Positions 1-10,136 of a DNA stretch of 64,000 nt are shown here, one piece after another; the stretch's first letter is position 1; each line of letters begins with the position of its first letter. The stretch is from an uncultured Gemmatimonadales bacterium. Lineage in GTDB: Bacteria > Gemmatimonadota > Gemmatimonadetes > Gemmatimonadales > GWC2-71-9. The stretch covers positions 96,001-160,000 of the forward strand of contig CAVOGR010000007.1 of the NCBI GenBank assembly GCA_963695555.1. The letters run 5' to 3'. The notes beneath the pieces are model-generated. The model was not told where the DNA came from. It made no database searches and saw only the letters and a program-made list of their open reading frames with translations. The position numbers were made by a program, and so were the translations under genes.

Positions 1-8
1 GATCGACG

Positions 9-863
9 CTAGGCATCGTGATGCTTCCCCTCTCCGGACTGGGATGCCGGTTCGTGAGCTTCGGAGGTGCTGGATACGCCAGGGAGAAACGTGGACAGCC
101 CGATCCAGTAGAGCTCTCCAAGGCTGAGTAGCGTGTCGGTGATCCCGCCCGGACCCGTCGTGGTATCGAGTTGCCGCAGTTGCCGATAGCGAAGCATGCC
201 GAGGAGTACACCGGAGTCGTCGATCACCGGAAGCGTGTCCAGGTGCCGCCAGGCCGGATGTGCCGCGGCGCTGGCGAGTCGGCTGGTGGCCACGAGACTC
301 TCGTCCGCCGGTTGCATGATCCCGGCCAGCGTTCCCTTCGCTCTCGCACCCACCAGGTCACGTATGTGCATTACGCCCACCAGCCGCTGGGAGCGATCCA
401 CTACATACACGTGGTGGTGCGCCGCCCGGTGGTGCCGACGAAGTTGGCGCAACGCCTCGCCGAGTGACAGATCGTGTGCCAGCGCGAGCACATCGGGGTC
501 CGTGACGGACCCCACCGTGTTCTCGCCATACGACAGGAGTCGGCGCACCCGGTCTTGCGAGTCATCGGGCAGAGCCGACACCAGCGCGTCCTGCTCAGCG
601 TGCGGCAACCGGCGCAGCAGCGCAACCGCCACCCGCGGCGACAGGGCAGCGATCACGGCCGAACCACGCTCCGGCTCCATCAAGGAAAGGCAGCCGACCG
701 CCGCCACGGGATTCATCCGTTCAATGACTGCTGCCGCGGCATCTGCCGTGAGTCCGTCGATGAAGGCTGCCGCGGCCGGCGCCGCATACTGCTCGATCAG
801 GCGTGCCGCATCCTGGGGGTGGGCTTCGGCAAACCCGCGGGCGCACACATCTTGGGCGCGCAT
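9..863 (-). CDS. MgtE N-terminal + CBS-pair domain protein (no transmembrane transporter domain)
   Basis: Start trimmed to ATG at 863 (MRAQDVCARGF). Helical repeats (HPQDAARLIE, LPHAEQDALVSAL), 'LLSYGENTVGSV' linker, CBS motifs 'HVYVVDRSQRLVGVMHIRDL' and 'LPVIDDSGVLLGML'. A further gene starts at ATG 16 and runs off the window edge. Confidence 0.8.
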   Translation of the reverse strand: MRAQDVCARGFAEAHPQDAARLIEQYAAPAAAAFIDGLTADAAAAVIERMNPVAAVGCLSLMEPERGSAVIAALSPRVAVALLRRLPHAEQDALVSALPDDSQDRVRRLLSYGENTVGSVTDPDVLALAHDLSLGEALRQLRRHHRAAHHHVYVVDRSQRLVGVMHIRDLVGARAKGTLAGIMQPADESLVATSRLASAAAHPAWRHLDTLPVIDDSGVLLGMLRYRQLRQLDTTTGPGGITDTLLSLGELYWIGLSTFLPGVSSTSEAHEPASQSGEGKHHDA

Positions 864-867
864 GCGA

Positions 868-1674
868 TTACGCCTGTGTGAGGAGCAAGGATGGCTCCTC
901 GCTGAATCGGCGGGCGGGTATCTGGATCCGACCCTCCCGCGTCGCAACGATGATGGCCGTGTGAGTGGCCTGGAGGATCTCTCCCTCGATATCGCCAATC
1001 CGAATGGTCTGACCGACGCGGTAGGTTTGGGCAACGTAGTGGGACGCGATGATGTTGCCCACAGTATCACGTGCGCCCAACGCGAAGGCGAGTCCTGCGC
1101 TGCCGAATGTGGCGGCCATCAGTACCGTCAGCAGAATCACCAGCAATTGCGCGTCGATACCGATCTGATCCAACGCCACCACGACGGCCACGACGATCAC
1201 GAGCACCTGCACGGCCCGTCCAAGACGCTCGGCATTGGGCACGCCGGCCGAGCGCGCTCCCGTGGTGGCGCCTCTACCGACGAGTCGCGCAACGACCAGC
1301 CCGCCCACCACGACCACGACGGCCGCGAGCACGTTCGGCAGATAGTACGCCACCTGGTTCAAGACGTCGGTGACGAGCGTGAACCCGAGCGATTCGATGG
1401 CCGCCGTGATGAAGAACAGCCACGTTACCCAAAACACGAAACCCGCGACGATCCGGGGAATCGTCGAGCGAATGCCCCGGTCCTCAACCGCCTCCCGAAA
1501 TTGTGTACTCCGCCTGGCGCGTTCGATCACCCGCGCGAGCAGACGGCCCATCAGAAATCGAAGGAATAGAGCGATCAGCCACCCGGCGAAGACCAGCAGC
1601 GCAGCAACCAGCAGCTGCGGCAGGAAGGCTTGCAGGCGGGCGAGGACATCGGACAACCACTGTGTGTTGGACAT
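868..1674 (-). CDS. Small-conductance mechanosensitive channel family protein with TM_helix repeats
   Basis: Repeated 'FLPQLLVAALLVFAGWLIA' / 'YLPNVLAAVVVVVGG'; 'GLAFALGARDTVGNIIAS...YRVGQTIRIGDIEGEI' MscS beta-domain. GGAGG upstream. Confidence 0.8.
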   Translation of the reverse strand: MSNTQWLSDVLARLQAFLPQLLVAALLVFAGWLIALFLRFLMGRLLARVIERARRSTQFREAVEDRGIRSTIPRIVAGFVFWVTWLFFITAAIESLGFTLVTDVLNQVAYYLPNVLAAVVVVVGGLVVARLVGRGATTGARSAGVPNAERLGRAVQVLVIVVAVVVALDQIGIDAQLLVILLTVLMAATFGSAGLAFALGARDTVGNIIASHYVAQTYRVGQTIRIGDIEGEILQATHTAIIVATREGRIQIPARRFSEEPSLLLTQA

Positions 1675-1923
1675 CGGACCCTCCGGTCATGCTGGGTGCG
1701 TGCGAATCGTCGTCCCCGTGTGGGCCGCCCGGGGCGCCGGCAATGCGGACTGGACGAGAATTGCGGGGCTTTGAAGAATACCGACAGCGCGGATCGGCCG
1801 GCACGGCCGGGGCGCGGACTGCCTAGCGTATGTGAACATGTCCCGCGCCGCATCCGGCGACGACGTGACCTTCAGGTCTCTGCGAGCCGAGCGAATCGCG
1901 TCCGAATCGCACATCCACTCGTC

Positions 1924-3714
1924 CTAGAACGCATCCTCCCACCGCTTGCTCAACCGCATGGCCGAGTTGATGAGGCCGACCATCGAATAGGTCTGGGGGA
2001 AGTTGCCCCACAATTCTCCGGTTTCCTGGTCGACGTCTTCAGAAAACAACCCGAGATGGTTCCGGTGTTCGAGCAGCCGTTCGAACAACGCCCGCGCCTC
2101 CTCGAGGCGGCCCAACGCCACCAGGGCGTCGATATACCAAAACGTACAGACCGTGAAAGCGGTTGCCGGTTTGCCAAACTCGTCCTCGGTGTAGCGGAGG
2201 AAGAGTCCTCGATGGGCGAGCTGCGCGGCCAGGCCGTCCACGGTCTTCGCGAAACGCGGGTCATCCGCTTCCAGGAAATCGAGTTCGTTCAACAGCAGGA
2301 GGCTCGCATCGGCTCCCTCACCACCCCACGTCGCGGCAAAGCGATCGATGGTGGGATTCCACGCCTGCTCGCAAATCTCGGCGTGCATGCGCTCGGCGGC
2401 AGCCCGCCAGTGGTCGGCGCGGTCGCTCAAGTTGAGTCGCGCGGCGATCTTGGCCAGTCGATCGACCGCGGCCCAACACATGACGCTCGAGAAGGTGTGG
2501 ATGGCTTCCTGGGCTCGAAACTCCCAGAGCCCGGCATCGGGCTGGTTGTAGCGCTCGAGTGCTTGGGTCCCGACCTTCTCCAATTGCTGAAACAAGAGAT
2601 CGGTGCCCTGGTGATACAGCCGCCGGTCGAAGAACACCTGTGTCGCGGAGAGCACAACGCTGCCATAGCCGTCGTTCTGCACCTGCTCCCACGCCTGGTT
2701 CCCGACCCGGACGGGACCCATGCCACGATACCCCGCGAGCGTGGTAATCTCGCGTTCCTCGAGCGGAGCCTCGGGGTTGATGCCGTACACCGGACGGAGG
2801 TACCCGTCCTTCGCCGCGGTCGCGAGGTTCGTGATGTAGGCGAGATAGCGTTCGAGCGTGCCGGTGGTGCCGAGTCGGTTGAGCGCGTGCACTACGAAAT
2901 AGGAGTCTCTGAGCCAGCAATAACGGTAATCCCAGTTGCGAGCGGAATCCGGCGATTCGGGAATGGATGTCGTCATGGCCGCGATGATCGCACCGCTTTC
3001 GTCGTAGCTGCAGAGCTTGAGTGTGATCGCGGCCCGGATCACGTCGTCTTGCCACTCGAAGGGAATCGACAGATACCGGGTGAACTCGGCCCAATAGAAA
3101 TGGGTGCGTTCGTAGAACTCGCGGGCGGTCTTTGCGACCGAATCGCGCAAGCTCTCGTCGGGACCGAGGATCATGGCGATAGGACTGGTCAGGACGAATG
3201 CGGTCTCGTCCATGATGTAGCGGACGGAGGCGTCGGTCGTGAGACGCAGGGTGATCGCGTCGCCGATAAACCGGATGTGGTTGCTGCCGGAGGTTCGCTC
3301 CGGCGTGCGCGAGCCGTATCCCGTCCGGGGACGCAGCCGGATGCGAATGCGCGGCACGCCCCCGAGGGGGCGCACCATCCGGATCAGCGTTGTGGGCCGG
3401 AAATACCGGTCGTAGTGCCGAAATCGCGGCGCGAAATCGATGATCTCGAGTGCGCCACCCGCCGTATCCCGCAACACCGTCCGCAGGATCGCCGTGTTAG
3501 GAACATATTCCTGTTCCGCGCTCGCAAAGTTTTCGATTGCGATGTCCCACAGGCCGACGCCGGTGGCTCCTTCGCCGTTCGCCCCGTCGATGAGCGAGCA
3601 GAACATCGGGTCGCCGTCGAAGTTCGGGAAACAGGCCCAACACACGCGGCCCTTCCGATCGATCAGCGCACCGTAACTGCAGTTGCCGATGACAGCGAGA
3701 TTCAGATCCGACAT
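1924..3714 (-). CDS. Glycoside hydrolase family 15 (glucoamylase/trehalase-like)
   Basis: Start ATG 3714 (MSDLNLAVIGNC). GH15 motifs 'RNWDYRYCWLRDS', 'PDAGLWEFR', 'GLFSEDVD...LWGNFPQTYS'. Confidence 0.92.
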   Translation of the reverse strand: MSDLNLAVIGNCSYGALIDRKGRVCWACFPNFDGDPMFCSLIDGANGEGATGVGLWDIAIENFASAEQEYVPNTAILRTVLRDTAGGALEIIDFAPRFRHYDRYFRPTTLIRMVRPLGGVPRIRIRLRPRTGYGSRTPERTSGSNHIRFIGDAITLRLTTDASVRYIMDETAFVLTSPIAMILGPDESLRDSVAKTAREFYERTHFYWAEFTRYLSIPFEWQDDVIRAAITLKLCSYDESGAIIAAMTTSIPESPDSARNWDYRYCWLRDSYFVVHALNRLGTTGTLERYLAYITNLATAAKDGYLRPVYGINPEAPLEEREITTLAGYRGMGPVRVGNQAWEQVQNDGYGSVVLSATQVFFDRRLYHQGTDLLFQQLEKVGTQALERYNQPDAGLWEFRAQEAIHTFSSVMCWAAVDRLAKIAARLNLSDRADHWRAAAERMHAEICEQAWNPTIDRFAATWGGEGADASLLLLNELDFLEADDPRFAKTVDGLAAQLAHRGLFLRYTEDEFGKPATAFTVCTFWYIDALVALGRLEEARALFERLLEHRNHLGLFSEDVDQETGELWGNFPQTYSMVGLINSAMRLSKRWEDAF

Positions 3715-3974
3715 GTGCGATCGTGGGCAGCGGGTTTTGTCCGTGCTCGATCCATCTCCACACCTCCGCTCCGGAATTACTGCGTGGCTTCGTCCGGTCC
3801 TGTGCCTTCGAAGTCCGGCTAAATGTTCTCCGAGCGCGCTTGCGACCGCAAGGGATGTAATCTCATGCCCGGCTGCGGCCGAGCCATTGCCACCAGCCTC
3901 CAGAGGGACGGGGCATAGACGTCGGATGACGATTGAACTCTCCCATCCGTGCCGTCGATGCACTAATGTTGGTC

Positions 3975-5627
3975 ATGCCTGACATCGACCAGGCTGAGCC
4001 GCCCGAACTCCGCCCTCACCGGCCGAGCCCAGCCGAACGCGAGATCGCCTCCCAGGCGTCGGTCCGGCTGCCCTCCGACCTACTGCAGGCATCGGTTCGC
4101 AGACTTCGGATCGTGGCCCTGCTCTATGCTGCCGTGTTCTTCCTCGCGGCCATCTTCCCCAACGCCTTCTGCCTGCTTGCTGCCCAGGTGAATTCGAACG
4201 TCGTCTGCTTTCCGACGTACTTCACGACGTTTCGCACGATTGGTCCGCCAGTCCTTTCAATGGCGCTGGGGCTTACTGTGTACGGCGTCATCCGTTGGTC
4301 GGCCCTTCCGCCGGCTGGCAAGCTGCACCTCGGATTGTTCTTCGAGGTGCTTGGCAGCGTCGGGATCGCCGTCGCCGAGTTCCAGGGCGTCATCTCGGCA
4401 ATCAAGTACACCGGAATGGAGAACGTGGCCGGGGCCGGAGGCTTCGGGCTGTCGTGGGTATCGGTGTGGGTCATGTTCTTCACCGTCGTCGTTCCGAGCC
4501 CGCCGCGACGTGCCCTCGTGGCCGCTATCCTCTCGGTCAGCGCGGTCCCCGTTGCGTTCGCGATCTTATCGTCGCTAGGCATGACCACGGTCGAACTGAA
4601 TCCGTTTGGATTCTTCTTCGCGTTGATCTTTCCCTACGTACTCATAGTCGGCATGGCCTTCATCGCCGCGCGCGTGGTGTACCACCTCGGGACGGAAGTA
4701 CGCCGTGCCCGTGAAGTAGGGAGTTATCGACTGGTCGAGCGGCTGGGCGTGGGCGGCATGGGCGAGGTGTGGCGGGCCGAGCACCGGCTCCTGGCGCGAC
4801 CGGCGGCCATCAAGCTCGTGCGAGCGGAATCCATCGGGATCACCCAGGCGGAGCGGAGCCGCGTGCTCCACCGGTTCGAGCGGGAGGCGCAGGCGACAGC
4901 GACAATGCGGTGTCCCCACACGGTGGAGCTGTACGACTTCGGCGTGGCCGACGACGGGGCCTTCTTCTACGTGATGGAGCTGCTCGACGGATTCGATCTC
5001 GACACGCTGGTCCGGCAATTCGGTCCGCAGCCGGCGGAACGCGTGGTGCACATGTTGACCCAGGTGTGTCATTCATTGGGCGAGGCGCACGAGGCCGGCC
5101 TGATTCATCGTGACATCAAGCCGGCCAATATCTACACCTGTCGCTTTGGCCGCGAGACCGATTGGATCAAGGTCCTCGATTTCGGCATGGTCAAGCGGAC
5201 CGGGGCCGACCGCACCCGCGATCCACAGCTCACGGCCGAGAACGTCGTGGGCGGTACCCCGGCGTACATGGCCCCCGAACAGGCCATGGGCGGCACGATT
5301 GACGGGCGGGTCGATCTCTACGCCCTCGGCTGCGTTGCCTACTGGGCGTTGACGGGAGAGCAGGTTTTCGTAGGACGAACGCCGATGGAGACGATGATGC
5401 TCCACGTCAGGGAACCGCCGGTGTCGCTGTCGGAACGAACCGAGCTGCCGATTCCGGACCAACTGGAGGCAGCCGTCATGGCCTGCCTGGCCAAGGACCC
5501 CGCCGATCGGCCACCGACGGCGGACGCGTTGGCCTCGTGGCTCCGCTCGGTGCCGCTCGAGCGGCCGTGGAACGCCGAGCGGTCAGCCGCCTGGTGGGAC
5601 ACGCATCGCCCCCGCGGCTCGACATAG
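3975..5627 (+). CDS. Membrane-bound Hanks-type Ser/Thr protein kinase (multi-TM N-terminus)
   Basis: 'LGVGGMGEVW', 'AAIK', 'HRDIKPAN', 'DFG', 'GTPAYMAPE'; several hydrophobic helices upstream. Start uncertain (3933/3966/3975). Confidence 0.92.
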   Translation: MPDIDQAEPPELRPHRPSPAEREIASQASVRLPSDLLQASVRRLRIVALLYAAVFFLAAIFPNAFCLLAAQVNSNVVCFPTYFTTFRTIGPPVLSMALGLTVYGVIRWSALPPAGKLHLGLFFEVLGSVGIAVAEFQGVISAIKYTGMENVAGAGGFGLSWVSVWVMFFTVVVPSPPRRALVAAILSVSAVPVAFAILSSLGMTTVELNPFGFFFALIFPYVLIVGMAFIAARVVYHLGTEVRRAREVGSYRLVERLGVGGMGEVWRAEHRLLARPAAIKLVRAESIGITQAERSRVLHRFEREAQATATMRCPHTVELYDFGVADDGAFFYVMELLDGFDLDTLVRQFGPQPAERVVHMLTQVCHSLGEAHEAGLIHRDIKPANIYTCRFGRETDWIKVLDFGMVKRTGADRTRDPQLTAENVVGGTPAYMAPEQAMGGTIDGRVDLYALGCVAYWALTGEQVFVGRTPMETMMLHVREPPVSLSERTELPIPDQLEAAVMACLAKDPADRPPTADALASWLRSVPLERPWNAERSAAWWDTHRPRGST

Positions 5628-5693
5628 CCGCGGACTCAGAAACGACGGGGCCATACGCCAAGGTGGTCCCGAACTAATCGACTGGAGCAAAGC

Positions 5694-5731
5694 GATCGGG
5701 GGTACGCAGCCAGCGTACCCCCGATCTTTCT
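5694..5731. terminator. Likely bidirectional intrinsic terminator
   Basis: Perfect 14-bp stem GATCGGGGGTACGC (5694-5707) / GCGTACCCCCGATC (5713-5726), A-rich left flank and TTTCT right flank, between convergent genes. Confidence 0.75.
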
Positions 5732-5747
5732 ACTTGCCGGGCCTGTG

Positions 5748-7721
5748 CTACCGTGCTGCGTCTGCCAACTCGCGCACCGTCGTCGCCAGCATCCGCACCT
5801 TCTGGGCCTCGCCGGATCTGCTCGCGTCGCGCTCGAGCCCGGCCGTCAGGTCCCTGAGCGGGGCGCGTCGGGTCTCACCCGTTGCCTTTTCTGCGGTCGC
5901 CAGATCCGAGCGTGCCGCCGCAATCCGGTCCGCGGCAAGCCCTCGGGACCGCTCGAGCTGGTCGAGGTAGGCCCGCGCGAGGGCGAAGGTCGCCGGCCAG
6001 ACGAACCGCTGCTGGCCTTGGGCGTTGAAGTAATCGAGCCGGACCGACTTTGCCGCGTCGATTTCGTTCTGCGAGAGGAAGGCACTCGGCGCAAGCTCGA
6101 AGATGTCGAGCCCGCGCGCGATCTCGGAGCTCACCATCACGCCGTTGTACCAGTACACCGACCAGCTCCCGCCGCTTTCCATCTCCGCCGCGTTCACCGG
6201 TCCGCGGTCGTAGAACGCGATCTCCACCGGGTTCGCCGCATCGGTCCAGTCGAACACCGAGATGCCGCCCTGGTACCAGGCCTGCACCATCACGTCGCGC
6301 CCCGGGATCGGAATCAACGAGCCGTTGTGGGCCACGCAGTTCTCTTCCGGGGTCTGTGCGGCGGGCATCTTATAGTAGCTCTTGAACCGCATCTGCCGGT
6401 TCTCGAGGGTGAAGATGGCATCGGCACCCCATTCCATGGGGTCGGTGGCCCGGCATTTCGGCCCGCCACCGCCGCCCCACTCGTCGCTGAAGAGGACCTT
6501 GGTGCCATCGTTGTTGATGGTCGCCGAATGCCAGTAGGAGAAGTTGGTATCGCTCACGGCACCGATGCGGGTCGGATTCACGGGATCGCTGATGTCGAGC
6601 AGGAGGCCGTACCCGCCGCACGCGCCGCCGGCCAAACCGATCGCCGGATAGACGGTGATGTCGTGGCACTGCGAGGGACCGGGTCGGGGACCAGAAGGCT
6701 GCCTGCCGACCATCCGCTCGATCATGGCCTGGATCCCGCTACGCAAGGCGGCGCTATCGGCCGATGTCGGGGCACCACTTCCGCCGCGCGCGGTGACCAC
6801 GCTGTCAAGCAGCCTGGCCGCGTATCCGTCGGGCAGTACCTGGTACTGGTCCTGGATCTGGAACACGAAGGCACCACGGGCCTTCGCCTTCTCGATCTCG
6901 GCCAAGTCGGCCGGCGACGCACCGTGCGTCTCCGGGGCCATGAGGTCCTGGAAGATGCGGGGCGAGCTCACGATGGCCGCCTGCTCCGGATGCGCGAGCG
7001 GCACCCGGATCACTTCGATCCTGAAGAGGGCGGAGTTCGGGTCTTCACTCGGCGGCGCGGCCACGCACCCGGGCAGCTCGGCAGCCGGCCGCACCGGCGC
7101 GGATCCCGACACATAGATGTAAACGTTCTCGTCGTCGTTCGGGTCCTCCAGTACCGTGTGGGTGTGCGAGCCGCGGCAGGTCTGCACGTTGGTGATGTAG
7201 CGCGGGTTCCGGATGTCGGTGATGTCGAAGATCCGGATCCCGCGGAGCCGATCGGCGCTCACTGCCTCGGCCACGCCTTCGGTGCCGCAGTCGAGCCGGC
7301 CGCCGAAGTCCTCACCCGAGACGAACAAGAGATTCTGGTACACCGAGACATCGCTCTGTGAAGCTGGGCAGACGTACCCCACCACGAGCGACGGCTGACG
7401 CGGGTTCGAGATGTCCCACACCTGGATGCCGTTGTAGTTCCCCTGGATGGCGTACTTCCCGGTGAACGCGAGGTCCGAATTGGTCACGCCGAGGAAATCC
7501 TCAGGCGAGGGCGTGGTCGAGAGGACGTTCAGGTTCCACACCGCGGTCTCGGCGTCGAACAGTCCGGCTCGGAGCCCGACCCGAGGGTCAGGGCTCGGCG
7601 CGGCGGCCGCCGGAGCGGGCACGGCACCAACAGCGCTCGACGTCGAGGTCGAGGGGGCGCAGGCAGCCGTGGCGAGGCCGAGCATCCCAGCAATGAGGAA
7701 CAGAGGAGCAACACGATTCAT
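5748..7721 (-). CDS. LVIVD-repeat lipoprotein
   Basis: Lipobox 'TAAC'; repeats 'GIQVWDISNP', 'GIRIFDITDIRNP', 'LLLDISDPVNP', 'GISVFDWTDAANP'; conserved 'NSDLAF', 'CRGSHTHT', 'CHDITV', 'CVAHNG'. Confidence 0.85.
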   Translation of the reverse strand: MNRVAPLFLIAGMLGLATAACAPSTSTSSAVGAVPAPAAAAPSPDPRVGLRAGLFDAETAVWNLNVLSTTPSPEDFLGVTNSDLAFTGKYAIQGNYNGIQVWDISNPRQPSLVVGYVCPASQSDVSVYQNLLFVSGEDFGGRLDCGTEGVAEAVSADRLRGIRIFDITDIRNPRYITNVQTCRGSHTHTVLEDPNDDENVYIYVSGSAPVRPAAELPGCVAAPPSEDPNSALFRIEVIRVPLAHPEQAAIVSSPRIFQDLMAPETHGASPADLAEIEKAKARGAFVFQIQDQYQVLPDGYAARLLDSVVTARGGSGAPTSADSAALRSGIQAMIERMVGRQPSGPRPGPSQCHDITVYPAIGLAGGACGGYGLLLDISDPVNPTRIGAVSDTNFSYWHSATINNDGTKVLFSDEWGGGGGPKCRATDPMEWGADAIFTLENRQMRFKSYYKMPAAQTPEENCVAHNGSLIPIPGRDVMVQAWYQGGISVFDWTDAANPVEIAFYDRGPVNAAEMESGGSWSVYWYNGVMVSSEIARGLDIFELAPSAFLSQNEIDAAKSVRLDYFNAQGQQRFVWPATFALARAYLDQLERSRGLAADRIAAARSDLATAEKATGETRRAPLRDLTAGLERDASRSGEAQKVRMLATTVRELADAAR

Positions 7722-7744
7722 GGGGGGATTCCTAACGTTGGGGC

Positions 7745-8422
7745 TTAAGGGTTACTGGTCTCGAGCATCTGCTTCATTCGGGCGATCTCGGTACGCTGGT
7801 CCACCTGGATATCCGAGGCGAGCTTGAACACCATGTCGCCTTGGGCGGCACCATCGGTTTGGAACAGGTCGTCAACCATGGTGACGGCGCCCTGGTGGTG
7901 TTGGATCATATAGCTAAGGAACAGCCGGTCGAATTCCTGGCCGCGGGCCTGGTCGAGTTGTTCGAGCTGGGCCTGGGTGAGCATGCCCGGCATGTGCATG
8001 GCATGGTCGGCCCCGTGAATCGTCAGGGTAATACCGGCAATCTCGTATGTCGGAACCGGCTGGTTCCGGTTGCGGAGCCAGCGCTGCATGAGGGCGATCT
8101 CGTCCTGCTGGGCGTTGGTGATGCGGGCGCCGAGCGTTCGGAGTGCCGGGCTGGCGCCATGGGTGGGTATCAGGGCTGCCATGACCAGCGCCTGGGCATG
8201 GTGGCCGATCATACCGGTAAAGAAATGGACGTCGGCCGGGCTGAAGCGCATCCGAGCGCTGTCGGTCCGGGCGCGGTAGATCGCCTCGAGTTCCGCGGTG
8301 CGGGCCGTGGCAGGCTCGGGCGCCGGTGCCGCGGCTGTGCTGCCGCTCGAGGCGCAAGCAGCGGCGAGCAGCGCGGCGACGGGCAACAGAAAGCGAGCTG
8401 GGTGCCGATATCGTGGGCTCAT
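7745..8422 (-). CDS. DUF305 (ferritin-like) lipoprotein
   Basis: Two DUF305 repeats 'ADVHFFTGMIGHHAQALVMA...QQDEI' and 'FDRLFLSYMIQHHQGAVTM...QRTEI'; lipobox 'AAAC'. Confidence 0.9.
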   Translation of the reverse strand: MSPRYRHPARFLLPVAALLAAACASSGSTAAAPAPEPATARTAELEAIYRARTDSARMRFSPADVHFFTGMIGHHAQALVMAALIPTHGASPALRTLGARITNAQQDEIALMQRWLRNRNQPVPTYEIAGITLTIHGADHAMHMPGMLTQAQLEQLDQARGQEFDRLFLSYMIQHHQGAVTMVDDLFQTDGAAQGDMVFKLASDIQVDQRTEIARMKQMLETSNP

Positions 8423-8650
8423 GGGGCCTGGGCCTAGGTTCCGGTCGTCGGGTAATCGTAAAAGATACTGACGTCTGCCCCGGAATGCGGATGTTCCCCG
8501 ATTCTACGACAGAACGACCCGGCTGGTTACAAGAGAAATAAAAGCGGTCCGTTGCCCGGTGTGATTCGGACCACCAGCTCGACGGCAGTTCTAGCCCGCG
8601 AGGTCTTTCTCGAGACCGACCGAGTTCTTCATTGGCAAATCAGAACGATC

Positions 8651-9736
8651 TCAGAGGGGTCTCTGACGCTGGTCTGATCCGGGACGTTCCTGGCGCAGCA
8701 GCCACACCAGTGCGGTCCCAGTAATGGCCCCGTAGGCGGCCCCGAGCCCAGGCGGGCCAACGATGTCCCCCAGGGGCATTCCCACCACCCAGCCCACGGT
8801 ACTGGCCAGCACCCACCAGCCCGCCCGGGGCACTCGCCGCCTGAGCACCAGCCATTGCAGCACCCCGACCACCGTTCCGAATACGCTCACGCCCGCGAGC
8901 CAGCCCACGTCCGCGTTGACCACACCCACGCCGAAGACCACGATACCGACGACGGCCGCGGCCCCGAGGCTGGCCAGCACCCACCGGCCCGCCCGGGCGA
9001 GGTGCCGCCTGAGCACCAGCCACTGCAGCACCCCGATCAGGATCCCGCCCACGGCCACACCCAGATACCCGGCCAGGATAACGCTGGGGATGGATTGCAG
9101 CGTCTTGGGTTCGGTGCCATCGAACCAACCCCAATACACACCCAGCCCCCACCCAAGTGCAGCGGCCATCAGCCACAGGAACCACACGCGCCACCCCGGC
9201 CGTCGCTGTGGCGCTATCGCCAAACGCGCCGCGATCACCATGAACCCGGCCAGGGTATTGAAGAAGATGTCGCGAACATCGAAGACGCGGCTCGGGAGCA
9301 TAGACTGGATGATTTCATCGAACGTGCCCACCAGGGCGGTCACCGCCACGGTGAGCGCGGCGGGCGCCGGCACCCGGCGGCCATTGCGCACGCGCTCGAG
9401 GAGCGCCTGGTGAATGAGGGCAGCCACGATGCCGTACTCGATCAGGTGGGTGCGCTCTTCCCAACTGCCCATCCTCCACCACACCATCAGGTAGGCCAGC
9501 GTGACGCCGAGCGCGACACCGATCTCGCCCCAGCCCAGGCGCCGCTTCACCCACCGCCGGGCGATGGCCCCCACCACCAGGAGCAGAACGAGCGCGAACG
9601 AGACTCGCAGCAGATTGTGTTGGCGCAGCAGGTCGACCAGGGTCCGCGCCGGCCCCAGCGTGGAGTAGATCGCCACCATGACGGCCACCGCCCAGAACCA
9701 GAGGCGCCGTTCCCGATCGGAAGTGAAGGCAGACAT
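8651..9736 (-). CDS. VanZ-like domain fused to C-terminal membrane repeats
   Basis: 'EERTHLIEYGIVA...FDEIIQSMLPSRVFDVRDIFFN' VanZ-like; two 'GVLQWLVLRR...AG.WVLAS' repeats. Confidence 0.7.
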   Translation of the reverse strand: MSAFTSDRERRLWFWAVAVMVAIYSTLGPARTLVDLLRQHNLLRVSFALVLLLVVGAIARRWVKRRLGWGEIGVALGVTLAYLMVWWRMGSWEERTHLIEYGIVAALIHQALLERVRNGRRVPAPAALTVAVTALVGTFDEIIQSMLPSRVFDVRDIFFNTLAGFMVIAARLAIAPQRRPGWRVWFLWLMAAALGWGLGVYWGWFDGTEPKTLQSIPSVILAGYLGVAVGGILIGVLQWLVLRRHLARAGRWVLASLGAAAVVGIVVFGVGVVNADVGWLAGVSVFGTVVGVLQWLVLRRRVPRAGWWVLASTVGWVVGMPLGDIVGPPGLGAAYGAITGTALVWLLRQERPGSDQRQRPL

Positions 9737-10136
9737 GAAAGAGGTCGCGGGTCCCTAGCCGGGAGGTCGCCGGTCAGGTAGCCACATCAAGCGCCAGCCC
9801 ACAACCCGTGGACAATCCGAACGCTTACTCGAAACCGGCATGATCGCTCCTTCCTCCATGCTCCCTCGGTGAAGGCAGGCCAGCCTAGCGGGAGATGTCA
9901 AAATACAGCGTACGCCCTGATGTTAACTCGTTGCTGGCACTTCGAGGCGACCGCGTGGTTGGCTTCGCGCGCCGTGCCCGCTTCGCGCCTGAGGCTCTCT
10001 GCGGAGCGGGCCGGTGGGCCGGCTGGTCGGCACGGGCCGCCAGGCGCCAGCGCCTCGTGACAAGATTGAGACAGCTTTTCGGCTTCTTCTGGTACAGGGC
10101 GGCGAAGGAGCTGCCCGGCACTCACCAGGAGGAATC

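Noticed and set aside
1687..1914. Small ORF between GH15 and MscS genes
   Set aside because: No motif or convincing RBS; cannot be supported.
1630..3822. Long antisense or alternate-frame ORFs (also 196-1569, 5745-7361, 26559-27965, 61981-63564)
   Set aside because: Shadows of real genes in high-GC DNA; Arg/Pro-rich with no recognisable motifs.
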